From positions 3,069 through 67,068 of the IMG/VR virus record IMGVR_UViG_3300020577_008405: DNA of 64,000 nt; one strand, given 5' to 3'. Below, one piece after another: positions 17,741-27,038 of the stretch. Position 1 is the first letter of the stretch. Each line of letters begins with the position of its first letter. The position numbers and the translations under genes are program-made. A model generated the notes under the pieces. The model saw only the letters and a program-made list of their open reading frames with translations. It searched no databases and was not told where the DNA came from. Source of the DNA: a virus (taxonomy: Duplodnaviria; Caudoviricetes).

Positions 17741-18367
17741 ATGGCCAATGAAATTCCTACCATTCTAGAAAAGTTCCAGCAAGTCCTTGATCTTGCTAAA
17801 GAAATCTCACAAGACGAAGATACTCTTGAAGAATTAGCCAAGAGTTGTCCTCGTTGTGGTAAGCCTAGTAAGAATAAGAGTAATTCTTCTGGCCGTTGCG
17901 CTAGTTGTCTTAAGAAACTAGCTGCTAATAAAAAGAAGGTAGGACATTACTTACATGAGCATAAAGTGGCAGATGACGCCCTTCGACGACAAAAGGGCAA
18001 GAACGGTACCGCTCATAAGAAGTCTTCTGGCCTTGGGTCTCGTGAGTCTATCATCAAGCAAACACATGCTGCAGAAGCTAAATCAGGGCAAGTTCTCTCC
18101 CCTGATCGAAAAGATAACTCAAAGGGTTATTCTGCTAAAAATACTCGGATGGTCCCTCCCGAACTCAACCGAGGTCGACACCATGTAGATAAGAAGAAGT
18201 TAGCGGCCTGGAAAAAGCGATTAAAGAAGGGCGATATCACTGAAGATGAGCTTTACACTTTCATCTTAGCTAAAGCTGATGAGACTCAACCTGAACTTGC
18301 AGAAAAACTTATTCAAATGTCACCGTCAGAAGTAATGACCATGATTTTTGATGAAGATGTAGAATAA
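17741..18367 (+). CDS. Basic Zn-binding protein with degenerate His-Me finger motif
   Basis: CPRC/CASC; SPDRKDNSKGYSAKNTRMV. Confidence 0.6.
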   Translation: MANEIPTILEKFQQVLDLAKEISQDEDTLEELAKSCPRCGKPSKNKSNSSGRCASCLKKLAANKKKVGHYLHEHKVADDALRRQKGKNGTAHKKSSGLGSRESIIKQTHAAEAKSGQVLSPDRKDNSKGYSAKNTRMVPPELNRGRHHVDKKKLAAWKKRLKKGDITEDELYTFILAKADETQPELAEKLIQMSPSEVMTMIFDEDVE

Positions 18368-18388
18368 TTAAACACAACGAGATCTATA

Positions 18389-18886
18389 ATGTCAATTTTG
18401 CTTCTTGGCTCCCTTATTGGTGCAGGACTTGTAGCAGTGTCAGTATTTATTGTTGGCATCGTTCGGGTAGTTAAGTTGTATAAGAGACTTAAAAACGAAG
18501 AACGTGATCGAGAGCAAGCTCAGAAATATTTAAAAATGCTTGCAGAAGAGCAAGAGCAAGCCAACCTTCGTTTGCAAGAAACACTGAAACTTTTGCAGCG
18601 GCGACAGATTAAAACGCCACAAGCACAGAAAACTGATCCAGCTTCTACTATTCAGGATAGACTTAAGAAGGCTGGTGAACTTACTGTGAAGCAAAGCAAG
18701 ATTGATACTCGTTTAGGTCATGAATCTATTATGCAGCATAATGAACTTGAATTAGAGAAGCTTGTTGTGCTTAAAACTATTTTAGCTGATGGGTTTGATC
18801 CTGTTATTACCATCCGTTATAACTCAGGTGACCGAGAAATGGCACTGAGTGCTTATGTTGAATCAATTAATAAGGTACTTGTCTAA
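18389..18886 (+). CDS. Membrane-anchored coiled-coil protein
   Basis: N-terminal TM helix then heptad-rich region. Confidence 0.7.
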   Translation: MSILLLGSLIGAGLVAVSVFIVGIVRVVKLYKRLKNEERDREQAQKYLKMLAEEQEQANLRLQETLKLLQRRQIKTPQAQKTDPASTIQDRLKKAGELTVKQSKIDTRLGHESIMQHNELELEKLVVLKTILADGFDPVITIRYNSGDREMALSAYVESINKVLV

Positions 18887-19251
18887 TGTCTTTTCATATT
18901 GTCACTGATAGATGTTTTTTAACTTGTGAAAAAGTTATTGCCATAGTTATTGAAGATGCTTTACCTGAAGAAGAGTTGGAAACAAAGAGCAAGGCTAAGA
19001 AGTCGAAAAAGCAAGAGCCGCTGTATAGCACTATCTCTATTACGTATAAGCTTACAAATTCAAACAGTAATTATGATGGTGAAAGCTTATTGGAAATTCG
19101 TATTTCTGAAAAAGCAAAAGCACTTTCTATTTACAATGAAATCATTAAGCAAGTGCAGGAGCAGTTTCCTAATGACATCTTTTTAGATAAACTTGTACAT
19201 AACTTGTTAGGTGATGCTTCTTGTGAGATTGTTGAACCCAAAAAGAAGTAA
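18886..19251 (+). CDS. Hypothetical protein
   Basis: TAATG overlap. Confidence 0.65.
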   Translation: MSFHIVTDRCFLTCEKVIAIVIEDALPEEELETKSKAKKSKKQEPLYSTISITYKLTNSNSNYDGESLLEIRISEKAKALSIYNEIIKQVQEQFPNDIFLDKLVHNLLGDASCEIVEPKKK

Positions 19252-19276
19252 TTAAACGTAAATATCAACATTATTT

Positions 19277-19312
19277 AACGCACTCACTAAAAAATCAATG
19301 AGTGCGTTTTTT
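19277..19312 (+). terminator. Rho-independent terminator
   Basis: AACGCACTCA...TGAGTGCGTT followed by T-run. Confidence 0.75.
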
Positions 19313-19328
19313 AATTTGAGAGAGAAAA

Positions 19329-19520
19329 ATGCACAATAACATTCAATGGTTTGTTTCTTATCACGTAAGTTATTTTAACCGAGATGTAATCAGCGGACCT
19401 TTTGATTCAGCACATGAAGCAGATTCTCACGCACAAGACATTTCTTCTTATGAAGGTGTAACAAATTGTTTCTGCTATTTCGAGAATGTCGATGAACTTC
19501 TCGATAAGTCTCTTGCTTAA
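19329..19520 (+). CDS. Hypothetical protein
   Basis: ORF with purine-rich RBS. Confidence 0.55.
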   Translation: MHNNIQWFVSYHVSYFNRDVISGPFDSAHEADSHAQDISSYEGVTNCFCYFENVDELLDKSLA

Positions 19521-19595
19521 GAGCTAAAATCTTTTCCGAAAATATAGGTATATGTGATTAGGACATAGTCTTAATTTAGTAATATTTGAGGTGAT

Positions 19596-20351
19596 ATGGG
19601 GTCGCTTAAAGATGAAGCATTTGAAAAATTAGATTATCTTTCACAGCTTACAGAAATTGTTATTGCGCCGCAAAATGAACTGCTTGCGCAGTTTCCGGAT
19701 CGTGTAGAACTTACGTTAGAGCAAATTAAAGGTATAAAGGCCACTAATTGGAGTGGTTTAGGTTTTCGGTTAGAAACAAGTCATGCATTGCTTGCTATAA
19801 AAGGTGAAGCAAGGTGGATTGATTTACAAAAATTAACTAAGTATTTTACTCTTGAAGCATCACCTGATTTGCAAATAGATTTTGCCAACAATACAATGAC
19901 TGGCAAACTTTCACTTGTAAAACTAGTGAATCAAATTGAAGATAAAGAAGTCTTAGAGTTTGCTGTTAATGATGCTTGTTCAATTTTAAACTCTTACAGT
20001 TGGAAAAGTAAGAAAACGAATGAGAAATTAGTAACGGTTCTTAATACAATTGAATCTGGTCGCGGTACTGCATGGTGGATATCAGTGCAAAATGATAAAA
20101 CCCATCGTTCAATTACTCGTCAAGGCTATGATGAATTAGTTAAATTGTTTCGAGAAATTATTCTTGAAAACAAATGGCGAATTCGCGATGTTAAGATTAT
20201 TGTAAAACTTGGCGAATGGGTAAATTCTTACTTAGCAGATGCAACTGATACTAGTTTAGGATTGGTGAATCTTGTGAAACTCAAGATTATGCTTGAGAAG
20301 GATCTCCCGATCTATTCTATTGGCGAGGTGAAAAATGCCAACCCCACTTGA
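19596..20351 (+). CDS. Hypothetical protein
   Basis: GAGGTG RBS. Confidence 0.7.
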   Translation: MGSLKDEAFEKLDYLSQLTEIVIAPQNELLAQFPDRVELTLEQIKGIKATNWSGLGFRLETSHALLAIKGEARWIDLQKLTKYFTLEASPDLQIDFANNTMTGKLSLVKLVNQIEDKEVLEFAVNDACSILNSYSWKSKKTNEKLVTVLNTIESGRGTAWWISVQNDKTHRSITRQGYDELVKLFREIILENKWRIRDVKIIVKLGEWVNSYLADATDTSLGLVNLVKLKIMLEKDLPIYSIGEVKNANPT

Positions 20352-20808
20352 ACGTTTGCAAAAAATCATTACAGCACAAATTCCAAGTCATGTAGTGTAT
20401 GTACCAGATGACAATACTACTGCCGATACTTTCCTTCTAAAAGCTGTCATAGTATCTAACAGTCAACAGATTCCAATTCCAGACGATGCTGCACTTCAAG
20501 CAGCTCTTAAGTTTCAAGTCCAAGAGATCTTTCAAAGAAGCGATGGCATATATAAAATTGATGCTAATCCCGAGCGTCTTTGGAGTTATATTCGGCATAA
20601 GGTAAGTGCAGAATATAACAGCGTTAGTCCTCGCTGTGAAGCAACTAAGCGTAAGACTACTAAGTTCATCAATAGTATTCTTTTAGACAATGTTCATTTA
20701 GCGAATTACGTTATTCAAGTGTTTTTGAAGATACAGTCTACTGCCGATGTATCAGACTATGAGGCTTTTGAGACTCTAAGGAGAAGTTATGGAAAACGGA
20801 CTCGATGA
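20335..20808 (+). CDS. Hypothetical protein
   Basis: GAGGTG RBS, overlap. Confidence 0.7.
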   Translation: MPTPLERLQKIITAQIPSHVVYVPDDNTTADTFLLKAVIVSNSQQIPIPDDAALQAALKFQVQEIFQRSDGIYKIDANPERLWSYIRHKVSAEYNSVSPRCEATKRKTTKFINSILLDNVHLANYVIQVFLKIQSTADVSDYEAFETLRRSYGKRTR

Positions 20809-21343
20809 AATCGAGACGGCCGAAGAAGTAGAAGAAAAGGTAATTGTTAAGCGTAAGCTCAATAATGAAGATATTATTAAGTATGAGCCAATGGTTGAAA
20901 AGTTCATTCGTGATAGTTGTATGAAGAACTGGAATGAATCTCGAACAGGTGGTTCTGATGTTCCACTAGGCGCATCTGGTTATACGCTTAACGATTTGCG
21001 TCAGCATCTTCGTACTGAGATTTGCGTAGCATTACAGAATTTTAATCCCGACTATCGTACTAAAGAAGGTCGATCAGTTAAGGAGAGTACTTTCGTATAT
21101 CAACATCTTACTTTTCGAGTTGGTCAGCTGATGAAGCGGCTCACTAAGAAGCGTAATGGATATGGTGTTCGACATAACCCCGTCCATCTTGTTATTGAAG
21201 CCGGTGTTGAAGAGTTAGACTATCAAGACCTTGATCTTGCATTAGCTTTAGACCGACGCGCAGAAATTACAAATGAAAAGAAGAGTCAGGTAGAGCAATT
21301 CTTAAAATCTAAATCTAAAGGATTTGGCAGATATGAGTCCTAA
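20789..21343 (+). CDS. Sigma70 region-2-like protein (no evident region 4)
   Basis: YEPMVEKFI...NDLRQ...ALQNFNPD...KESTFVYQHL resembles regions 2.1-2.4. Confidence 0.6.
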   Translation: MENGLDEIETAEEVEEKVIVKRKLNNEDIIKYEPMVEKFIRDSCMKNWNESRTGGSDVPLGASGYTLNDLRQHLRTEICVALQNFNPDYRTKEGRSVKESTFVYQHLTFRVGQLMKRLTKKRNGYGVRHNPVHLVIEAGVEELDYQDLDLALALDRRAEITNEKKSQVEQFLKSKSKGFGRYES

Positions 21344-21998
21344 TCCTGTAAAAATAGTAGCTATCTCAGATACACATAATAAACACGATAGCATTACGAT
21401 TCCGCCTTGTGACATTTTGATTCATTCTGGTGATGAGTCTATGATGGGCAAAAAAGAAGAAATTGAAGCATTTGCTTACTGGTTTGATAAGCAACCAGCT
21501 AAGCATCTTGTGTGGACACCAGGAAATCACTCGGTTAAGTTAAAGGCTCATTGGCCTGGATCAAAGCGTTGGCTATCAGACATTAGTCCAAGGACTAATG
21601 TTTTAGTTAATTCACATGTAACACTTGAAGGTCTCAAGATTTGGGGAAGTCCTGTCACACCATGGTTTCATGATTGGGCATGGAATGTTCAGCGTGGTCC
21701 AGATATCAAGAAGTATTGGGACATGATTCCTGATGATACTAATATTGTTGTTACTCATGGTCCTCCAAATGGAACTTTAGATAAAGTTGCTCCAGGAACT
21801 CCGTGGGAACAAAATGTTGGTTGTGAAGAATTAGCAACAGCGTTACTTAGAGTTAAGCCTAAGTTAGTAGTGTTTGGCCATATTCACGAAGGATATGGTT
21901 GTCAACTTTCGCAAGGCATTATTTATTGCAATGCGTCTATTATGGACACTGGATATAAGCCAGTCAATGCTCCTTGGGAACTCACACTCTATGTTTGA
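21324..21998 (+). CDS. Calcineurin-like metallophosphoesterase
   Basis: SDTH, SGD, GNH, THGPP, GHIHE. Confidence 0.92.
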   Translation: MADMSPNPVKIVAISDTHNKHDSITIPPCDILIHSGDESMMGKKEEIEAFAYWFDKQPAKHLVWTPGNHSVKLKAHWPGSKRWLSDISPRTNVLVNSHVTLEGLKIWGSPVTPWFHDWAWNVQRGPDIKKYWDMIPDDTNIVVTHGPPNGTLDKVAPGTPWEQNVGCEELATALLRVKPKLVVFGHIHEGYGCQLSQGIIYCNASIMDTGYKPVNAPWELTLYV

Positions 21999-22128
21999 AA
22001 AGGCTAAAGAGCAAGTAGAACGAATTCTTATTTTTCCTGCACAAGTAGTTTTGTTTTTCTCAGTGGTTATCTTAGTAGAAGCTGGTAATCGAATTCAAAA
22101 ACTTTGGAAACATAGTTATGAGCAATGA
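21991..22128 (+). CDS. Small hydrophobic protein
   Basis: ATG 21991 overlapping upstream stop. Confidence 0.45.
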   Translation: MFEKAKEQVERILIFPAQVVLFFSVVILVEAGNRIQKLWKHSYEQ

Positions 22129-22312
22129 ACTTTGTATATGTGGTCATTTGTGGGCTGACTATTATGACTGTTCATATTGTCTTCATGAAGAATGCTGTTG
22201 CGGACCATGTACAGAATGTGGAGTACAGTTTGTGGAAGCTCCAGTGAATCAGGGAATTTGCCCTAAATGTAAAGTAGAACTTAACTCTAACTCGGAGAAA
22301 ACATGCGATTAG
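22118..22312 (+). CDS. Small Cys-rich protein
   Basis: Multiple CxC/CxxC pairs. Confidence 0.55.
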   Translation: MSNELCICGHLWADYYDCSYCLHEECCCGPCTECGVQFVEAPVNQGICPKCKVELNSNSEKTCD

Positions 22313-23004
22313 TAGAAGGAAAGCTAGGCCGCCGCAATAATGAAGATAGTGAAGAAAGCGAAGCAGTGTCACAGCCGATGGTATTGAATGAAATTCTTGA
22401 TGAAAATGGCCCAATTTGGGTCAATAAGTTCACAGAAGATTCTGCTCGAGCTTTCGTTAAGCAGCTTCATTATCAGAGCCGGCGTGACACGACCGCTCCT
22501 ATCTTAGTTTACATTGATTCTGATGGCGGCGAAGCTTACGCTCTACTAACCATGATTGCTGCTATTGAGCAAGTTCCCAATGAGATTATCACCGTAGCTC
22601 TAAGTAAGGCTTTCAGCGCAGGTGCTGTCTTACTTGCTTGTGGCGACGTAAGATTCGCCAGTGAACATGCCACAATTATGTTACATGAAATCAGTGCAGG
22701 CGCTGTTGGACATATTGATGACATCAACGTCCAACACGCTAGCATTACTAAACTGAATGAAAAAATCATGAAACTGATGGTGAAAAAAATTAAGTTTAAG
22801 GGTGGAGCAGTTGCCTTTAAGAAGCTTCTTTCTGGTCCTCGAGATCTTTACTTAGACGCCGAGGAAACCAAGAAGCTTGGACTTGTAGACCATATTGGTA
22901 TTCCGATGTTGTATAAGAATGTAACAATTCAACACGTCTTGTCGTCAAACCCTCGTAAGGATCCCGATGAGTCACCTTCTAAGAAAACCAAAACTTCGTC
23001 TTAA
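22303..23004 (+). CDS. clpP: ClpP-like protease subunit (copy 2)
   Basis: YIDSDGG, AFSAG (Ser), IMLHE (His), RDLYLDAEE...GLVDHI. Confidence 0.9.
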   Translation: MRLVEGKLGRRNNEDSEESEAVSQPMVLNEILDENGPIWVNKFTEDSARAFVKQLHYQSRRDTTAPILVYIDSDGGEAYALLTMIAAIEQVPNEIITVALSKAFSAGAVLLACGDVRFASEHATIMLHEISAGAVGHIDDINVQHASITKLNEKIMKLMVKKIKFKGGAVAFKKLLSGPRDLYLDAEETKKLGLVDHIGIPMLYKNVTIQHVLSSNPRKDPDESPSKKTKTSS

Positions 23005-23185
23005 TGGACAGCCTGTAAGAGTCGTAAACGGTCAAATGGTTGATTTTTTAGATTTTGATTTTAATCTTCCATCAAAGACAGAAGAAGTAACATGTACATG
23101 TGGCGCCCAAGCTATTGGGTGTTTGCCATATGCCGCAGGACATACAGAGTATTGTGATGTACATGAAAGTAAGTCTAACAATTAA
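22967..23185 (+). CDS. Hypothetical protein
   Basis: CTCG...H..YC motif. Confidence 0.5.
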   Translation: MSHLLRKPKLRLNGQPVRVVNGQMVDFLDFDFNLPSKTEEVTCTCGAQAIGCLPYAAGHTEYCDVHESKSNN

Positions 23186-23196
23186 TTGAGAAAACT

Positions 23197-23679
23197 ATGG
23201 ATCCACTAAGACACGTAAAGTTTTTTGCTACCATTAAACATGCTGGCCAGGCATATTCTGGCGGTTTGCCATATACACATCATTTGGCAGCTGTCGAACA
23301 AGTTCTACGGCGTTTTAATATTGCTGATGAAAACTTGCTAATGGCGTCTTGGTTGCATGATGTTGTTGAAGACACAGAAACCAAGTTGAAAGAGATCGAA
23401 GAAATGTTTGGTTCAGAAGTTGCTCGACTTGTTGGTGCTGTAACAAATGAAGAAGGCGTCAACCGGAAGACACGCAATGCTCTTACTTATCCAAAGATTC
23501 GCAATAACGGTGAGAAAGCAATTCGACTTAAGTTAGCTGATCGCATCGCGAATGTTGAAACTGGTGGTAATTTAGTTGAAATGTATCGCAAGGAATATGA
23601 AGACTTTAAGCGCGCCTTGTATACGCCAGGTCAAGCAGAGGACATGTGGGGACATCTAGATCATCTACTGAACAAGTAA
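23197..23679 (+). CDS. Stand-alone RelA/SpoT-type HD hydrolase (small alarmone hydrolase-like)
   Basis: HAGQ...PYTHHL, WLHDVVEDT, KLADRIAN. Confidence 0.9.
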   Translation: MDPLRHVKFFATIKHAGQAYSGGLPYTHHLAAVEQVLRRFNIADENLLMASWLHDVVEDTETKLKEIEEMFGSEVARLVGAVTNEEGVNRKTRNALTYPKIRNNGEKAIRLKLADRIANVETGGNLVEMYRKEYEDFKRALYTPGQAEDMWGHLDHLLNK

Positions 23680-23849
23680 CAGTAGGAATTATAAAGGTAA
23701 TGTACCTGTTGAAATTAGCGTATGTTAAGGAATATAAAGTTCCATATTTCAATGCGCTAAATAAATTAAGACGACTAATAGAACGCACTAAAAAGGCAAG
23801 AAGGAAACAATTACATGAGCACACACCGAGTCGAAGTGGTAAAGATTGA
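23646..23849 (+). CDS. LxL-motif microprotein (divergent; start uncertain)
   Basis: IIKVMYLLKLAY. Confidence 0.45.
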   Translation: MGTSRSSTEQVTVGIIKVMYLLKLAYVKEYKVPYFNALNKLRRLIERTKKARRKQLHEHTPSRSGKD

Positions 23850-24963
23850 TGCTGTTGAGAAACACCCTAATGCTGATAGGCTTGAATTAGCAAAGATTGA
23901 GGGATGGCAAGTTGTTACTGGAAAGGGTAATTTCCAAGCTGGCGATCTTGCACTCTATATCCCTGTAGACTCAATTCTGCCAAACTCACTCGAACTGCGT
24001 TTATTCCCACCTGGATCTAAGATCACTCTTAAGAAGGGTCGTATTCGCTCAATTAAGATTCGTGGTCAGATGTCGCAAGGGATGATTATTCCGCTTAGTG
24101 ACGTCGAGCAAGAAGTTGCTGCCACTTGGGATGGTAAGTCCAAGTTGCCTAAGTATACTGTTGGACTAGATCTTGCAGGAATGCTTAACATCACTAAGTA
24201 TGAGCCGCCTGAAGTTTCTGAACCGCAAACGATGCGGACTAAGAAGGCTAGCAAGAATCAGATCAATCCTAACTTCAAGAAGTATACTGATATTGAGAAT
24301 ATCAAGTGGTATTCTGACATCTTCCAAGAAGGTGAGATGGTATATATCAGTGAGAAGCTGCATGGAACTTCCGCTCGATACGGATATGTTCCTCGTCATT
24401 ATGAGGGTTTTCTAGCACCCGTTAAAACTGCCATTATGAGCTTTTTGGCGAAGTGGGGCGTGATTAAGTCACACCAGTTTGTTTATGGTTCACGTAATTG
24501 CCAACTTCAGACTGGCTCCAATAAGAGTTGGTACTCTGAGGATGTTTACACGAAGATTCTCAATCAAGAAGACATTAAGGCTAAGTTACAGCCTGGTGAA
24601 TGTGTTTACGGTGAAATCGTTGGTCATAATATTCAAACGAATTACACGTATGGCTGTAAGGAAGGCGAGCATCTCTTCTTTGTTTATGATGCAATGGTAG
24701 ATGGAAAGTGGCTTGATTTTCCTGCACTTGAGCGTTGGTGCGGTCGTCGTGGTTTTACTATGGTTCCCAAGCTGTATGTTGGTCCTTGGAGCCAGGAAGT
24801 TCACATGAAGCATCGCGATGGTGATTCGACTATCGGTGGTCAGAAAATTCGTGAAGGAGTTGTTATTAAGCCTGTCGTTGACCAAGACTCCATTTGCGGT
24901 CGGAAAGTGCTAAAGAGCATCAGTGATGCGTACTATCTCGAAGAAAACACCGATTTTCATTAA
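23815..24963 (+). CDS. RNA ligase, DRB0094/Rnl5-like with N-terminal OB domain
   Basis: HPNADRLE, EKLHGT, VYGEIVG, FFVYD, REGVVIK. Confidence 0.9.
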   Translation: MSTHRVEVVKIDAVEKHPNADRLELAKIEGWQVVTGKGNFQAGDLALYIPVDSILPNSLELRLFPPGSKITLKKGRIRSIKIRGQMSQGMIIPLSDVEQEVAATWDGKSKLPKYTVGLDLAGMLNITKYEPPEVSEPQTMRTKKASKNQINPNFKKYTDIENIKWYSDIFQEGEMVYISEKLHGTSARYGYVPRHYEGFLAPVKTAIMSFLAKWGVIKSHQFVYGSRNCQLQTGSNKSWYSEDVYTKILNQEDIKAKLQPGECVYGEIVGHNIQTNYTYGCKEGEHLFFVYDAMVDGKWLDFPALERWCGRRGFTMVPKLYVGPWSQEVHMKHRDGDSTIGGQKIREGVVIKPVVDQDSICGRKVLKSISDAYYLEENTDFH

Positions 24964-25087
24964 AGATAGTGCTGACCATCTAGTTGCGTTTGCGAACACC
25001 CTATTAAAGTTATTCCCGCAAATAACTAAGTGGGATTTGTATACTATCGAAATCATTCGTTTTAGTAAAAGGTGGAGTTCTGATTAA
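24926..25087 (+). CDS. Microprotein, LFP variant (53 aa)
   Basis: MRTISKK...FANTLLKLFPQ. Confidence 0.5.
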   Translation: MRTISKKTPIFIKDSADHLVAFANTLLKLFPQITKWDLYTIEIIRFSKRWSSD

Positions 25088-25112
25088 AAATAAAGATAGA
25101 ACTGAACAAATT

Positions 25113-25238
25113 ATGAATGGCGGACTTTACTTTAATCGTTTCTTTTGGGTACTTGCTGCCTTGTTTCCTAAGCATGATGTTTGGTATGAACAGCTTTCAG
25201 CAGACGAGATTCGCTTAGCTTCAAAACGAAATGTATAG
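25113..25238 (+). CDS. Microprotein, LFP variant (41 aa)
   Basis: MNGGLYFNR-FFWVLAALFPK. Confidence 0.55.
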   Translation: MNGGLYFNRFFWVLAALFPKHDVWYEQLSADEIRLASKRNV

Positions 25239-25266
25239 TGTATATTAGTTTTTAAACGAGAACAAA

Positions 25267-26280
25267 ATGAACCAACCATTAGTCAAAATGATGTTTGGAA
25301 GTCATGTTTATGGAACTGCGCTTCCGACTTCTGATAGAGATTTCAAGGGGCTCTTTCTTCCCGATGCTGAATCGCTAGTGATGCAGCGAGCAGCCAAGCA
25401 TTTGAATAATTCTACAAAGAAGAATGATTCAGTACGAAATACAGCAGAAGACGTTGATGATGAAATGTTCTCATATCAGACTTACATGGAACTTATTCGT
25501 CAAGGTCAGACTGTCGCATTAGATATGTTGTTTACTCCGCAGCAGTTTTATTGTGCCGATGTTGTTGTAAGTCCATATTGGCGCGAAATCGTTGATAATG
25601 CAAGTAACCTTATTCACAAGGGAACTAATGCTTTTGTCGGATATACGAAAGCACAAGCGTCTAAATATGGCAACAAGGGCGATCGCCTTGCGGCTTTAAA
25701 TCTCTTCATGAATGTTATGAAGGATTGGGATGGACGCAAGGAGCTTGGCGAATATGCTACTGAAATTACTGCACTCTTAAAATCAATTAATCCTAAAGAA
25801 GCTGAAATAGTCTTAATTCCTTCTCCTAACGGCTTAAACGAAACTCGCGATGTACCCCACCTATCCTTAGCTAATAAGAAGGTAGGTTATACTTGCTCAG
25901 TGGAATATGCACGTCAGGTATGGCAGTTAGCTTTAGATAAGTATGGACATCGTGCAAGACTTGCCGAATCCAATGAAGGAATTGATTGGAAGGCTACTAT
26001 GCACGCAGTTCGTATTGCAGCAGAAGCAAAAGAACTTCTTCTTACTGGCCATATTACATTTCCACGGCCAGAAGCGCTTCTGCTTCTTGCAATTCGTCAA
26101 GGCCAATTACCATATAAGCAAGTCGAAGAACTAATTGATCAAGGATTAATGGATATTAAGGAGGCAGAGCTTAAATCCCATCTTGCCAATAAACCAAATT
26201 ACGAACTTATGGAAAGCCTTGTTTCTAAGGCTCATTGGTCAGTTATTCATGAGCAAACTCTACTCATGAACCGCTTCTAA
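25267..26280 (+). CDS. Pol-beta superfamily nucleotidyltransferase
   Basis: FGSHVYGT..TSDRDFKG; C-terminal KATMHAVR helix. Confidence 0.85.
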   Translation: MNQPLVKMMFGSHVYGTALPTSDRDFKGLFLPDAESLVMQRAAKHLNNSTKKNDSVRNTAEDVDDEMFSYQTYMELIRQGQTVALDMLFTPQQFYCADVVVSPYWREIVDNASNLIHKGTNAFVGYTKAQASKYGNKGDRLAALNLFMNVMKDWDGRKELGEYATEITALLKSINPKEAEIVLIPSPNGLNETRDVPHLSLANKKVGYTCSVEYARQVWQLALDKYGHRARLAESNEGIDWKATMHAVRIAAEAKELLLTGHITFPRPEALLLLAIRQGQLPYKQVEELIDQGLMDIKEAELKSHLANKPNYELMESLVSKAHWSVIHEQTLLMNRF

Positions 26281-26281
26281 A

Positions 26282-26476
26282 ATGTTTGAAATACAAACAA
26301 TCCATAATAGTGTTAAGAAATTTTGGATTGTGTTGTATCGTTTAGAACTAATTTCGTATGATGTAGCTATAATTCTAGTTGCTTTAACTTACGATCGCCA
26401 TAACTTCATTTTACGATGGCAAAACCAAAAAAAAATCAGAGAATGTATAACTAAAATATATGAAAATTCTTGTTGA
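26282..26476 (+). CDS. LxL-motif microprotein (64 aa)
   Basis: FWIVLYRLELIS. Confidence 0.7.
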   Translation: MFEIQTIHNSVKKFWIVLYRLELISYDVAIILVALTYDRHNFILRWQNQKKIRECITKIYENSC

Positions 26477-27038
26477 TATGGATGGAATTGTTACTGATAC
26501 GCTTCCAGCTTGGTTGAAGCGTATTTACGAACTTACTGGTGTTTCTGTTGAGCCAGAGAAAATCCAGAAATGGAATCTTTGTGACAATCCGCCGCTAGAT
26601 AAGCTCGATCACAAACTTATTGTTGATATCTTAAACGAAAAAGATTTCAACATCAATCTGCCGCAAATGGCTGATGCTACTTATTATCTTAAGCGTCTTC
26701 ACGATGCTGGACATGATATCAGCATTGTAACAGCAAGACACGGAATCACCTGTATTTCTGAAACCATTCAATGGCTTGAAATCATGATGCCGTGGTTTAA
26801 TGTTGCTAAGAAAACCTGGTTTTGTTATGAAAAACACAGGATTATTGCTGATGTACTCATTGATGATAAAGCTGAAAACTTAATTGAGTACCGCAAAATG
26901 CACCCTAATGCTCATTTGATTACGATTGACTATATCTTTAATAAGCATGCGCCTAGTGATACTAAGCGTATCTTGAAGAATGGATATGAGTGGGAAGCTA
27001 TTGAAAGCTATATCACTAAGCTCTCTAAAAAGGACTAA
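26460..27038 (+). CDS. 5'(3')-deoxyribonucleotidase (HAD)
   Basis: DMDG, IVTAR, LIDDKAEN. Confidence 0.9.
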   Translation: MKILVDMDGIVTDTLPAWLKRIYELTGVSVEPEKIQKWNLCDNPPLDKLDHKLIVDILNEKDFNINLPQMADATYYLKRLHDAGHDISIVTARHGITCISETIQWLEIMMPWFNVAKKTWFCYEKHRIIADVLIDDKAENLIEYRKMHPNAHLITIDYIFNKHAPSDTKRILKNGYEWEAIESYITKLSKKD

